DNA from: Methyloversatilis sp.
GTDB taxonomy: Bacteria; Pseudomonadota; Gammaproteobacteria; Burkholderiales; Rhodocyclaceae
DNA length: 64,000 bases
Direction: 5' to 3'
Assembly (NCBI GenBank): GCA_017984755.1
Contig: JAGNYW010000012.1
Span: forward strand, 9,942 to 73,941
In this document: positions 16,817 through 26,575 of the stretch, one piece after another
How positions within the stretch are numbered: the stretch's first letter is position 1
Layout of the letters: each line of letters opens with the position of its first letter
Position numbers and translations under genes: made by a program
Notes under the pieces: model-generated
What the model saw: the letters and a program-made list of their open reading frames with translations, nothing else
What the model was told of the DNA's origin: nothing
Databases searched by the model: none

Positions 16817-18172
16817 TCAGTCCAGCGTGAACTCTTCGTCCTGTTCCGGTACGACGGCCGACCAGCCAAGATCATGCTCGAGCTTCTGGCGCAGGCTGTC
16901 GGAGGCGACCGGTTCGCCGTGGGTGACGAAAACGCGGCGCGGTGCGCGTTCGACCGGACGCAGCCAGTCGAGGATTTCACGGTAGTCGGCGTGCGCGGAC
17001 AAACCGTCGATCTGTGCGACCTCGCAGCTGATCTGCGCATCGCGCCCGAAGATGCGCAGGCTGCGCGACCCCTTGAGCAGCGCGTCACCCCGCGTGCCTT
17101 CAGCCTGATAGCCGGTGATCACGATGGTGCTTCGCGCGTCGGCGCCGAAGGCCAGCAGATGATGCAGGATGCGTCCGCCATTGAGCATGCCGGCACCGGC
17201 GATGATCACCTTCGGATAGCGGTTGGACGCCAGCGCTTCCGAATCTTCCGGCGAGCGCGTGCAGGTCACAGCGTCCCGGATGCGGTCGCAGGCATCCTGG
17301 GTCAGGCGGTGCTCGTGCCGGTACTTGCGGAACACACCGGTGACGTCGATGGCCATCGGGCTGTCGAGAAATACCGGGAGATCCGGAATGCGGTGTTCGT
17401 CCATCAGGCGCGACAGCAAATACATCAGGGTCTGCGCGCGCCCAACGGCAAAGGCCGGCAGCAGCACCGTACCGCCCCGCGCAGCCGTACGGCTGACGAT
17501 GTCGGCGAGTGTTTCGTAGGGGTCGTGCTCCGCATGCAGGCGGTCGCCGTAAGTCGATTCCACGACCAGCCAGTCGGTCGCGGCGAGCGCGTCGGGTGCC
17601 GTCATGACCGGGTCGTCCGGACGTCCGACGTCACCGCTGAAAGTGATGCTGCGCCCGCCGCATTCGACCCTGACGCTGGCGGCTCCGAGGATGTGGCCGG
17701 CCCGGAAAAAAGTCACACGAAAGGGACCGATGGTCACCGGCTGGCCGAAATCGGCGCTGCGGAAGTGCTTCATCGCCTGGTCCGCATCCTCGGACGTATA
17801 GAGCGGTTCGGCCGGGTGGTGCTTGCTGTAACCGTAACGGTTGGCATGCCGTGCGTCTTCTTCCTGCAGATGCGCACTGTCTTCCAGCAGGATGTCGACC
17901 AGTTCGCGACTGGCCGACGTGGTCCACACCGGGCCGCTGAATCCCTCCCGCATCAGGCGCGGCAGGTAGCCAGAATGATCGAGATGGGCGTGCGTGAGCA
18001 CAACGGCAGAGATATCGGCTGCATCGACCGGAAACGGCTTCCAGTTGCGGCTGCGAATGTTCTTCACGCCCTGGAACAGACCGCAATCCACGAGCAGTCG
18101 CTGACCGCCGTGGGTCAGCAGGTAGCGCGAGCCGGTCACCGTGCCTGCAGCGCCGAGAAATCGTATTTTCAT
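16817..18172 (-). CDS. MBL-fold / beta-CASP metallo-hydrolase (RNA-specificity domain family)
   Basis: MKIRFLGAAGTVTGSRYLL...VLTHAHLDHSGYLPRL (HxHxDH), then beta-CASP and a C-terminal domain. The start is set at MKIRF; the ORF track extends 19 codons further. Confidence 0.8.
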   Translation of the reverse strand: MKIRFLGAAGTVTGSRYLLTHGGQRLLVDCGLFQGVKNIRSRNWKPFPVDAADISAVVLTHAHLDHSGYLPRLMREGFSGPVWTTSASRELVDILLEDSAHLQEEDARHANRYGYSKHHPAEPLYTSEDADQAMKHFRSADFGQPVTIGPFRVTFFRAGHILGAASVRVECGGRSITFSGDVGRPDDPVMTAPDALAATDWLVVESTYGDRLHAEHDPYETLADIVSRTAARGGTVLLPAFAVGRAQTLMYLLSRLMDEHRIPDLPVFLDSPMAIDVTGVFRKYRHEHRLTQDACDRIRDAVTCTRSPEDSEALASNRYPKVIIAGAGMLNGGRILHHLLAFGADARSTIVITGYQAEGTRGDALLKGSRSLRIFGRDAQISCEVAQIDGLSAHADYREILDWLRPVERAPRRVFVTHGEPVASDSLRQKLEHDLGWSAVVPEQDEEFTLD

Positions 18173-18225
18173 GACCGCATCCTCCTGTCTGCGAGTGTAC
18201 CCGCATGCCGGAAGCCATCGTGCCG

Positions 18226-18252
18226 ACAAAAAAAACCGGCCAACGGCCGGTT
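18226..18252 (-). terminator. rho-independent terminator after fliE
   Basis: On the minus strand, AACCGGCC-GTT-GGCCGGTT is followed by TTTTTT. Confidence 0.65.
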
Positions 18253-18280
18253 CCTTTCTGCAGCAGCGGCGATCACGCCG

Positions 18281-18598
18281 CTACACACCCATGTTCATGA
18301 TGTCCTGATAGGCATTGACCAGCTTGTTGCGCACCTGAACCATCTGCTGGAACGAGAGGCTGGCCTTCTGCGAGGCGATCATCACGTCCTGCAGATTGGC
18401 TTCGGAACTGCCGGTGATGAAACCTTCCGACATCTGCTTGGCCTGCGCCTGCGCGGCATTTACCTGCTCGATCGCATTCTTCAGCGCATCGCTGAAATCG
18501 GCACCCGAACCTTCGCCCGATTGCGCCGACGGCTTGCTGGCAGCGACCTGCGCCGTGGAGCGCAGCTCGGTGATCATCTGGTTGAGACTGGTGTTCAT
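18281..18598 (-). CDS. fliE: flagellar hook-basal body complex protein
   Basis: MNTSLNQMITEL...FSDALKNAIEQVNAAQAQAKQMSEGF...LQDVMIASQKASLSFQQMVQVRNKLVNAYQDIMNM is canonical FliE. GGAGGAAG lies upstream of the ATG. Confidence 0.9.
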   Translation of the reverse strand: MNTSLNQMITELRSTAQVAASKPSAQSGEGSGADFSDALKNAIEQVNAAQAQAKQMSEGFITGSSEANLQDVMIASQKASLSFQQMVQVRNKLVNAYQDIMNMGV

Positions 18599-18682
18599 GT
18601 TTCTTCCTCCATTGCCGGAACGGCAATAAATGCCGCCCGCTGGCCGCCGCAACGGCGGTTGTCACCCGGTTACCGAATACCC

Positions 18683-18698
18683 AGCAAATATCGGGCCA
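18683..18698 (-). promoter_or_regulatory. candidate sigma-54 promoter of fliE
   Basis: Minus strand TGGCCCG-ATAT-TTGCT compared with the consensus TGGCACG-N4-TTGCW. It lies about 85 nt upstream of the fliE ATG, in the fleR-fliE spacer. Confidence 0.6.
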
Positions 18699-18717
18699 CA
18701 AACCTTCACGACATCGA

Positions 18718-20133
18718 TCAACCTTCGCGCAGCAATCCATCTGCCTTGTAGCGTGCAAGTTTATATCGCAACGTGCGTTCGGAAATGCCCAGCTTTTCGA
18801 TCGCCTTCTTGCGCGACCCGCCGACCGCGGCCAGTGTTTCCAGTATCAGGTCGCGCTCCATGTCGCGCACTGATCTCACTCGCAGGGGCGCGTCCGGCAA
18901 GGCGTTGGGCGGCGCGTCGTTGGCTGCCGCCGATGGCATTGCCACCTCGGGAGTGGATGCTGCCGGCGCCGTTTCCACCACCTGACGCAGCGGCGAACGC
19001 TGACCACCCAGCACGATGTGGTCGGCTTCGACCTGATCGTCGGGCGCCAGAATGGCCGCACGCTGCATGGTGTTTTCCAGCTCGCGCACATTGCCGGGCC
19101 AATCGTGGGCGGCAAGTATTGCCGCCGCCGAGTCGCCGAGGCGCAGCATGCGGCCCTGTGCCCTGGCGCAGGCGGCAAGGAAGTGACGCGCGAGCGGCAC
19201 GATGTCGCCCGGGCGGTCGCGCAGCGACGGAATGCCGATCGGGAACACGTTCAGCCGGTAATACAGATCTTCCCGGAAGCGCCCGGCCCGGGCTTCGGCT
19301 TCCATGTCGCGGTTGCTGGTGGCGAGGACGCGGATATCCAGCGGAATCGGCTTCTTGCCGCCAACCCTTTCCACCTCGCGTTCCTGCAGCACGCGCAGCA
19401 TCTTGGCCTGCAGCGCAAGCGGCATTTCCGAGATTTCGTCCAGCAGCAGCGTACCGCCGTCGGCCTGTTCGAACTTGCCTGCCTGCGCCGTCGCGGCCCC
19501 GGTGAATGCGCCCTTTTCGTAGCCGAACAGCGTCGCTTCGAGCAGATTGTCCGGAATCGCCGCGCAGTTGATGGCGATGAAGGGCTTGCCGGCACGCGCC
19601 GACTGTTGATGAATGTAGCGGGCGAAGACTTCCTTGCCTGTACCCGATTCGCCGGTCAGCAGCACGGTTGCTTCCGATCGCGCCACACGCGCCGCCAGCC
19701 CGAGTACCTGCCGGGTCCGCGTATCCTCGGCGATCATGTCGGTCGGTGTGACCACCGGCACGGCATAGCGCTCGATATGGGCAAGCAGCACGTCCGGTTC
19801 GAACGGTTTGAGCAGGAAGTCGCACGCGCCGGCGCGCATCGCGGCCACCGCCTTTTCGACATCGCCGAAGGCAGTCATCAGCAGCACCGGCAGAGCGGCC
19901 TCGCGGGCGCGTATTTCGCGCAGCAGGGTCAAGCCGTCCATCGGCTGCATGCGCAGATCGGTAATGACCAGATTGAGCGCGTGGTCGCCGGTGTTCCGTT
20001 CGATCATGCGCAGCGCCTGCGGACCGTCTGCCGCGCCGATCACGCGATGGCCGGCGCATTCGATGGCCAGACACAGCGCATCGCGCAGATTCGGTTCGTC
20101 CTCGACCACCAGGATGTTCAGCTTGTCGCTCAT
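18718..20133 (-). CDS. fleR: sigma-54-dependent flagellar response regulator (FleR/FlrC type)
   Basis: The REC domain (ILVVEDEPNLRDAL...VITDLRMQPMDG) is followed by an AAA+ domain (GESGTGKEVFARYIH, GAFTGA, ESELFGYEKGAFTGA-like region). The C-terminal Fis-type HTH is AIEKLGISERTLRYKL. Confidence 0.85.
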   Translation of the reverse strand: MSDKLNILVVEDEPNLRDALCLAIECAGHRVIGAADGPQALRMIERNTGDHALNLVITDLRMQPMDGLTLLREIRAREAALPVLLMTAFGDVEKAVAAMRAGACDFLLKPFEPDVLLAHIERYAVPVVTPTDMIAEDTRTRQVLGLAARVARSEATVLLTGESGTGKEVFARYIHQQSARAGKPFIAINCAAIPDNLLEATLFGYEKGAFTGAATAQAGKFEQADGGTLLLDEISEMPLALQAKMLRVLQEREVERVGGKKPIPLDIRVLATSNRDMEAEARAGRFREDLYYRLNVFPIGIPSLRDRPGDIVPLARHFLAACARAQGRMLRLGDSAAAILAAHDWPGNVRELENTMQRAAILAPDDQVEADHIVLGGQRSPLRQVVETAPAASTPEVAMPSAAANDAPPNALPDAPLRVRSVRDMERDLILETLAAVGGSRKKAIEKLGISERTLRYKLARYKADGLLREG

Positions 20134-21353
20134 TGGACGTTCTCCAGCACTTCGTCAGATAGGCTGCCTTCTGCCTGCACCGGCAGCCGCAGCGTAAACA
20201 GGCTGCCCACGCCCGGCGTGGACCCGCATTCGATGTCGCCGCCGTGCACCCGAGCCACCCCGCGCGCGATCGCCAGCCCCAGCCCCGTTCCTTCATCACG
20301 CGTGGTGAAGAAGGGTTCGAACAGTCGTTCCTGTATGTCCAGCGGGATGCCGCGTCCGTTGTCGTGCACCGTGAAGCACAGGCTGCCGGCACCCGGCACC
20401 ACTGCAAGGACAACTGCGCCACCATCGGCACAGGCCTGTACGGCGTTCTCCAGCAGGCTGACCAGCGCGCTGGCGATCGCCTTGCGATCACCCGACACGG
20501 TGGCATCCACCGGTGCGGGCTCCACCACGAGGTCGACACCCGCCTGACGCGCCACCGGTTCCACCGTGTGGCGCAGCTCTTCCACCAGCGCCGCGATGTC
20601 GATCGCTTCGCGGCCGAGCACTTCGCCACGCGCAAACATCAGCGTGTCGCGGATCAGGCGTTCGAGATGGCGCAGCCTGTCCTGCGCGCGCGAGGCGATC
20701 GAGCGAATGTCGGCCGACGGCAGTTCGCGCGTGATCAGCGTGCCGACGTAAAGCGTCGCGGCAGCCAGCGGCGTGCGTAGCTGATGTGCCAGCGAAGCCG
20801 CCATCTCACCCATGGCCGCCAGACGTTCGTTCCGTGCAGCCGCAATCTTCAGTGCATGCTGGCGCGTCATGTCGTGCAGCAGCACGATGCGCGCGTTTTC
20901 GCCGGTCAGTGAAGCCTCGCTCACCGACAGCCGGCGCCGCGCGCCGTCGCTGCCGACGCACTCCCACTCGGCCGGTGCGTCGGCAGGCTGCAGGCTGGCG
21001 ACGCAGTCCGCCCAGGTCTGTCCGGCACACGCGCCCACCATGTCGAAGGCTGCCGGATTGGCCTGTTCGATGGCGCCTTCGCCATCGACCACCACCACGC
21101 CGGCGGGCAATTGATTGAGCAGCGTGGACAGCCGGTCGGTGAGCCGTGCCTTCTGTTCGTACTGGCGTCGCAACTCACCGTTTGCCGCAGCCAGCTCTTC
21201 GGTGAGGCTGGCGACCTGACGCTCCAGCGTTCCATACGCTTCCGACAGTTCGGCCGACGCGGCATTGAACAGGCGGAATGCTTCGGCCAGCCGCGCAGCC
21301 TCTTCCGGAGCGATGCGTGCGGTATCAGCAGTGGATGCGAGCGGTTCGGACAT
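20130..21353 (-). CDS. fleS: cytoplasmic PAS histidine kinase (FleS/FlrB type)
   Basis: No TM segments. Contains a PAS region (LPAGVVVVDGEGAIEQANPAA), the H-box MAASLAHQLRTPLAA and HATPase boxes. The stop overlaps the fleR start. The start is set at MSEPLAS because the sigma-54 promoter overlaps the longer ORF. Confidence 0.8.
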   Translation of the reverse strand: MSEPLASTADTARIAPEEAARLAEAFRLFNAASAELSEAYGTLERQVASLTEELAAANGELRRQYEQKARLTDRLSTLLNQLPAGVVVVDGEGAIEQANPAAFDMVGACAGQTWADCVASLQPADAPAEWECVGSDGARRRLSVSEASLTGENARIVLLHDMTRQHALKIAAARNERLAAMGEMAASLAHQLRTPLAAATLYVGTLITRELPSADIRSIASRAQDRLRHLERLIRDTLMFARGEVLGREAIDIAALVEELRHTVEPVARQAGVDLVVEPAPVDATVSGDRKAIASALVSLLENAVQACADGGAVVLAVVPGAGSLCFTVHDNGRGIPLDIQERLFEPFFTTRDEGTGLGLAIARGVARVHGGDIECGSTPGVGSLFTLRLPVQAEGSLSDEVLENVQ

Positions 21354-21411
21354 GCCTTGGGTGCCTTGTTCGCGCTGTTTACGTGCAGGGATTGATCGAT
21401 CGTGAAAGCGT

Positions 21412-21427
21412 AGCAAGCGTCAAGCCA
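21412..21427 (-). promoter_or_regulatory. candidate sigma-54 promoter of fleSR
   Basis: Minus strand TGGCTTG-ACGC-TTGCT. GG and GC are at the exact consensus spacing, about 60 nt upstream of the ATG at 21353. Confidence 0.55.
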
Positions 21428-21568
21428 TGCACTTGACGGGATCAGCCGGCCAAAACACCGCTTTATCCGCGGAACGGCTCGCGCGAGGCGCGCCGACAAT
21501 CCGTCCCATTCCGCAAGGTGGGTCGGTGCGCGGCTCCCTTCACTTCAGTCACCTGTACGAGACGAATC

Positions 21569-23272
21569 ATGGCCGCTGGCAACGCTGTACTCGACCCGAA
21601 CACCGCATCCCCGGCAGTCACGCCGCTGGCGCTCGCCCAGCAGCGACTGGCCGACATGCCGATCCAGAAGAAGATGATGATGGCCGGTGGCATCGCCATG
21701 GCGATCGCGCTGCTGGTCGGGCTCACGCTGTGGAGCCGCGTGCCGGACTACGAAGTGCTGTTTTCCAATATCAGCGACAAGGATGGCGGCGCCATCGTGG
21801 CGATGCTGCAGCAGCAGAACGTGCCGCACAAGTTCTCCGAGGGTGGCCACGCCATTCTCGTGCCCTCGCAATTCGTGCATGACACCCGTCTCAAGCTGGC
21901 AGCCCAGGGCCTGCCGCGCGGCGGCTCGGTTGGCTTCGAGTTGATGGAGAATCAAAAGCTCGGACAGTCGCAGTTCTCGGAACAGGTCACCTATCAGCGC
22001 GCACTCGAAGGCGAGCTGTCGCAGACCATCGGCACGCTGGCGGCGGTGAACAGCGCGCGGGTGCATCTGGCGATTCCGAAGCAGAGTGCGTTCCTGCGCG
22101 ACGACCAGAAGCCTTCCGCGTCGGTGGTGCTGGGCCTGCTGGGTGGTCGCACGCTGACGCCCGAACAGGTCGGCGGCATCGTGCACCTGGTTGCATCCAG
22201 CGTGCCGCAACTGGCGCCGTCCAGCGTGTCGGTGCTCGATCAGAACGGCAACCTGCTGTCGAACAAGCAGGAGCCGGGCGACGGCAGCGCGCTCAATCCG
22301 ACACAGCTGAAGTATGTGCACGAGATCGAGGCAGCGACCATACGCCGCATCGAAGCCATGCTCGAACCCATCATGGGCCGCGGCAACTACCGTGTGCAGA
22401 CGGCAGCCGACATCGACTTCAGCCACACCGAACAGACGGCGGAAACCTACAAGCCCAATCCGACACCGCAGGCCGCGATACGCAGCCAGCAGATGAGCGA
22501 ATCGATCAGCAACCAGCCGGCAGCCGGCGGCGTGCCCGGTGCGCTGGCCAATCAGCCTCCGGCGCCGGCCACCGCACCGGTGACCGATCCGGCAGCGCCC
22601 GGAACACCGGCTGCTGCCGGTCAGGGCGTACCGATCAACACGCGCAAGGATTCCACCACCAATTACGAACTGGACAAGACGGTTCAGCACGTGCGTCAGC
22701 CGACCGGTCAGATCCGCAGGCTGTCGGTGGCCGTTCTGGTGGCACAGAAGGTGGAAACCGACGCCAAGGGCGTTGCCAAGCCAGTCGCGCTTTCGGAAGA
22801 GGAAATGCAGCGGATCAACGCGCTGACGCGCGAAGCCATGGGCTTCAGCGAAGCCCGTGGCGACACGCTGAATGTATCGGCGGCACCCTTTACGGAAGTG
22901 CGCGAAGAACTGGTCGAAACACCGATCTGGAAGGATCCGGAAATGACCGGCCTCGCGGGCGAACTGGTGAAGTACCTGCTGGTCGCCGGAGTCGCCGCCT
23001 ACCTGCTGTTCGGCGTGCTGCGGCCACTGGTGCGGAATCTCACTGCGCCGGTGGAACAGGATGAGGAGTCGGCGGTGCGCGACGTGACGCTGGACGAGGA
23101 CGGGCAGCCGATCGGGATCGCCGGTGGCGCGGCGGCACAACTCGAGTTGTCGCCGGAAGCGAGGGCCCAGCTCGAATTCGAGAACAAGCTCGGTGCGGCG
23201 CGCACCATGGCCAAAGACGATCCGAAGGCAATTGCCGAGGTGATCAAGCACTGGGTGAGCGGCGATGAATGA
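21569..23272 (+). CDS. fliF: flagellar MS-ring protein
   Basis: LFSNISDKDGGAIVAMLQQQNVPHKF...YQRALEGELSQTIGTLAAVNSARVHLAIPKQSAFLRD is canonical FliF. The start is chosen at MAAGN. Confidence 0.9.
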   Translation: MAAGNAVLDPNTASPAVTPLALAQQRLADMPIQKKMMMAGGIAMAIALLVGLTLWSRVPDYEVLFSNISDKDGGAIVAMLQQQNVPHKFSEGGHAILVPSQFVHDTRLKLAAQGLPRGGSVGFELMENQKLGQSQFSEQVTYQRALEGELSQTIGTLAAVNSARVHLAIPKQSAFLRDDQKPSASVVLGLLGGRTLTPEQVGGIVHLVASSVPQLAPSSVSVLDQNGNLLSNKQEPGDGSALNPTQLKYVHEIEAATIRRIEAMLEPIMGRGNYRVQTAADIDFSHTEQTAETYKPNPTPQAAIRSQQMSESISNQPAAGGVPGALANQPPAPATAPVTDPAAPGTPAAAGQGVPINTRKDSTTNYELDKTVQHVRQPTGQIRRLSVAVLVAQKVETDAKGVAKPVALSEEEMQRINALTREAMGFSEARGDTLNVSAAPFTEVREELVETPIWKDPEMTGLAGELVKYLLVAGVAAYLLFGVLRPLVRNLTAPVEQDEESAVRDVTLDEDGQPIGIAGGAAAQLELSPEARAQLEFENKLGAARTMAKDDPKAIAEVIKHWVSGDE

Positions 23273-24257
23273 TCTGGGAATCGAACGCAGCGCACTGCTG
23301 CTGGTGACACTGGGCGAAGACGCGGCAGCCGAGGTGCTCAAGCATCTGGGGCCGCGCGAGGTGCACAAGATCGGCACGGCCATGGCCGCCCTGCGCAATG
23401 TGCCGCGCGAAAAGGTGATCGAAGTACTGGACCTGTTCGATCAGGCCACCTCCGCCGGCAGCCGCGTATCGGCCGACGAAACGCTGATACGCAACATGCT
23501 CACCAAGGCGCTGGGCGAAGAACGCGCCGGCCACCTGCTGTCGCGCATCCTCAACGATTCGGACACCGCCGGCATCGAAGGCCTCAAATGGCTGGATGCG
23601 GCAACCATCGCCAATCTGATCAAGAACGAGCACCCGCAGATCATCGCCACCATCCTGACCCACCTTGAATTCGATCAGGCTGCGGAAGTGCTGAAGCTGT
23701 TCGGCGAGCGCCTGCGCAACGATGTGGTGCTGCGCATTGCCACCCTCGACGGGGTGCAGCCGGTGGCACTGAAGGAACTGAACGAAGCGATGTCGCGCGT
23801 GCTGGCCGGCTCGGCCAAGATGAAGAAGACGGCACTGGGCGGCATCAAGGCGACGGCCGAAATCCTCGGCTTCGTCGGCAGCGCCAATGAATCGGCGATC
23901 CTCGACGCGGTCAAGGAATACGATTCGGAGCTCGCACAGAAGATCGTCGACGAAATGTTCGTGTTCGAGAACCTGCTCGACATCGACGATCGCGGCATCC
24001 AGACGCTGTTGCGCGAAGTCAGCGGCGACCAGCTGGTGCTGGCGCTCAAGGGCGCATCGCCGGAACTGCGTGAGAAGATATTCAAGAACATGTCTTCCCG
24101 CGCCGCCGAATCGCTGCGCGAGGACCTCGAGGGGCGCGGTCCGGTCAAGCTGTCCGAAGTCGAGGGCGAACAGAAGGAAATCCTGAAGATCGCGCGCCGT
24201 CTGGCGGAAGAAGGCCAGATCGTGATGGGTGGCAAGGGCGGCGAGGAAATGCTGTGA
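23265..24257 (+). CDS. fliG: flagellar motor switch protein
   Basis: RSALLLVTLGEDAAAEVLKHLGPREVHKI...EHPQIIATILTHL...MFVFENLLDIDDRGIQTLLREV. It overlaps the fliF 3' end by 8 nt (23265-23272). Confidence 0.95.
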   Translation: MNDLGIERSALLLVTLGEDAAAEVLKHLGPREVHKIGTAMAALRNVPREKVIEVLDLFDQATSAGSRVSADETLIRNMLTKALGEERAGHLLSRILNDSDTAGIEGLKWLDAATIANLIKNEHPQIIATILTHLEFDQAAEVLKLFGERLRNDVVLRIATLDGVQPVALKELNEAMSRVLAGSAKMKKTALGGIKATAEILGFVGSANESAILDAVKEYDSELAQKIVDEMFVFENLLDIDDRGIQTLLREVSGDQLVLALKGASPELREKIFKNMSSRAAESLREDLEGRGPVKLSEVEGEQKEILKIARRLAEEGQIVMGGKGGEEML

Positions 24258-24294
24258 GCCTGGCCTGCCCTGAAAGCTGCACGAGGTACCCGGC

Positions 24295-24993
24295 ATGACG
24301 CTGAACGGGACACTCGCTTTCACGCAATGGAAGATGCAGGTATTCGACGACAGGTCGACTGCAGATCATGCCGACACCGCGATCGAAGTTCCAACGGCGA
24401 CCGAAACCCGGGCCGGAGACGGATCCTCCGCCGAAGCCGGCGATGAAACGCCCCGGTTCGATGCAGAAGCCGTTTTCAGGCTGCCGACCGCCGACCAGCT
24501 GGAAAAGCTGCAGCAGGACGCACATCGCGAAGGTTACGCCGCCGGATATGAAGAGGGCACTGCACGCGTACGCATGGAGGCGATGCGCCTGCACAGCGTG
24601 ATCGAACAGCTGGAAGAGGCGCTCGCCGCCCTCGACAACAAGGTTGCGCAGGACGTGCTGCGCCTCGGTGTCGAGATCGCCCGCCAGGTGGTGCGGCAGG
24701 CAATCGTGGTCAAGCCCGAGGTGGTGTTGAGCGTAGTGAAGGAAGCCATCAATCAGCTGCCGCACCAGCACACCGCGGTGTATCTGAATCCGGACGACGC
24801 CTCGCTGGTGCGTTCGCACATGGGCGAACAGCTCACGCACGCGGGTCACCGCATATTCGAAGACGCGGCCATCGCACGCGGCGGCTGCAAGATCGAAGCC
24901 GGCGGAAGCCAGATCGACGCGACGGTGGCGACACGCTGGACCCGCATCGTCGAGGCCCTGACAGACAACGTTGATTGGATCGATCGTGACTGA
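24295..24993 (+). CDS. fliH: flagellar assembly protein
   Basis: Sits between fliG and fli[19 protein letters not shown]...[11 protein letters not shown]...[20 protein letters not shown] is typical of FliH. Confidence 0.8.
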   Translation: MTLNGTLAFTQWKMQVFDDRSTADHADTAIEVPTATETRAGDGSSAEAGDETPRFDAEAVFRLPTADQLEKLQQDAHREGYAAGYEEGTARVRMEAMRLHSVIEQLEEALAALDNKVAQDVLRLGVEIARQVVRQAIVVKPEVVLSVVKEAINQLPHQHTAVYLNPDDASLVRSHMGEQLTHAGHRIFEDAAIARGGCKIEAGGSQIDATVATRWTRIVEALTDNVDWIDRD

Positions 24994-26494
24994 GCCGGGC
25001 GAAGCCGTCGTGGCAGACGCAGACGAGACCGGAAACGCTGTTTCGGACGCGGTCGCGCAAGACATCGGAGGCGCGGCAGAGCCTGCCCACGACAACGGCC
25101 ACCTATCGAAGTGGTCAGGTTTCATGACCGACTGCGGTACGCTGGCCGGACGGGTAAACCCCTACCTGCACGCGGGTCGTCTCACCCGCATCAACGGACT
25201 CGTGATGGAGGCGGCGGGTCTCAAGCTGCCTCTCGGTTCCGGCTGCCGCATCATGGTGCCGGGCGGCAACAGCTGCGAAGCCGAAGTTGTAGGGTTCAAC
25301 GGCGACAAGCTGTTCATGATGCCGACCGACGATGTAGTCGGACTCGCCCCCGGCGCGCAGGTCATACCACTCGAAACCAGTCCGCCGCGTCCGACGCCGA
25401 CCGAAAGGCTGGAACCGCGACGTCGTGCGTCAGACCGGGCCAAGCACCTGCCGGTCGGCGACGCGCTGCTCGGTCGCGTGGTCGATGGCGCCGGCAGGCC
25501 GCTCGACGGTCTTGGCGCCATCGTGACGAGGCACTCGCGTTCGGTCGCCAGCCGCGCAGTCAATCCGCTGCTGCGCGAACCGATACGCCGCACCATGGAC
25601 ACCGGCATCCGGTCCATCAATTCGCTGCTCACCGTCGGCCGTGGCCAGCGCATCGGACTGTTCGCAGGCTCCGGCGTCGGCAAGTCCGTGCTGCTGGGCA
25701 TGATGGCCCGCTTCACCTCGGCCGAGGTCGTGGTGGTTGGGCTGATCGGCGAACGGGGCCGCGAAGTGAAGGAATTCATCGAGCAGATCCTCGGCGCCGC
25801 GGGTCTGAAGCGCTCGGTCGTCATCGCCGCGCCGGCCGACACCAGTCCGCTGATGCGGCTGCAGGGTGCCGCCTATGCAACCACGGTGGCCGAGTGGTTC
25901 CGCGACCAGGGGCGTCACGTGCTGCTGATCATGGATTCGCTGACGCGCTACGCCATGGCACAGCGCGAAATCGCGCTCGCCATCGGCGAACCGCCGGTCA
26001 CGCGCGGCTATCCGCCGAGCGTTTTCGCGCGCCTGCCGCAGCTGGTCGAACGCGCCGGCAACGGCCCGGAGGGCGGCGGATCGATCACCGCCTTCTACAC
26101 GGTACTGGCTGAAGGCGACGACCAGCAGGATCCGATCGCCGACTCCGCACGCGCCATTCTCGATGGTCACTTCGTGCTGACCCGGCAGCTGGCAGACGCC
26201 GGCCACTACCCGGCCATCGACATCGAACAGTCGGTGTCGCGCGCCATGCACGGGTTGGTCAAACCCACTCATTTCGATCTGGTGCGACGCTTCAAGGGGC
26301 TGTGGTCGCGCTACCAGCGCGCGCGCGACCTCATTTCGGTCGGCGCCTATTCGCCCGGGTCGGACCCGCAACTCGATCTGGCGGTAAGCATGTTCCCGAC
26401 GCTGGAAGCCTTTCTGCAGCAACCGATGGAGGAACGGGAAGGATTCGAGGAGGCGGTCACCAAGCTGCACCAGCTGTTCGGGATGAATCCGTGA
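24986..26494 (+). CDS. fliI: flagellum-specific ATPase
   Basis: Walker [13 protein letters not shown] and Walker [14 protein letters not shown], with an F1-beta-like fold signature. The start is uncertain: GTG at 24986 overlapping the fliH stop, TTG at 24971, or ATG at 25124. Confidence 0.9.
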   Translation: MTEPGEAVVADADETGNAVSDAVAQDIGGAAEPAHDNGHLSKWSGFMTDCGTLAGRVNPYLHAGRLTRINGLVMEAAGLKLPLGSGCRIMVPGGNSCEAEVVGFNGDKLFMMPTDDVVGLAPGAQVIPLETSPPRPTPTERLEPRRRASDRAKHLPVGDALLGRVVDGAGRPLDGLGAIVTRHSRSVASRAVNPLLREPIRRTMDTGIRSINSLLTVGRGQRIGLFAGSGVGKSVLLGMMARFTSAEVVVVGLIGERGREVKEFIEQILGAAGLKRSVVIAAPADTSPLMRLQGAAYATTVAEWFRDQGRHVLLIMDSLTRYAMAQREIALAIGEPPVTRGYPPSVFARLPQLVERAGNGPEGGGSITAFYTVLAEGDDQQDPIADSARAILDGHFVLTRQLADAGHYPAIDIEQSVSRAMHGLVKPTHFDLVRRFKGLWSRYQRARDLISVGAYSPGSDPQLDLAVSMFPTLEAFLQQPMEEREGFEEAVTKLHQLFGMNP

Positions 26495-26575
26495 TTGCAA
26501 ACATCCATGACACGCGGCGCCCGCGTGAGATGGAACACAGGCAGAACTGTGTGAACCAGAGATGCTCGTATCGAC

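Noticed and set aside
16874-18751. 625-aa ORF on the plus strand across the MBL hydrolase, fliE and the fleR 3' end
   Set aside because: It is antisense to three well-supported genes and crosses a terminator and a promoter. Composition is low-complexity and Arg-rich, so it is a GC artefact.
18761-20635. 624-aa alternative-frame ORF on the minus strand overlapping fleR and fleS
   Set aside because: It is an out-of-frame overlap of two genes with clear domain signatures. The product is Arg/Ala/Gly-rich with no motifs.
21428-21568. Sigma-54 promoter for fliF (CGGCCAAAACACCGCT at 21449-21464, CGGAACGGCTCGCGCG at 21470-21485)
   Set aside because: Both have only the minimal GG-N10-GC and lack the TTGC and CAC context. 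They are indistinguishable from chance in GC-rich DNA.
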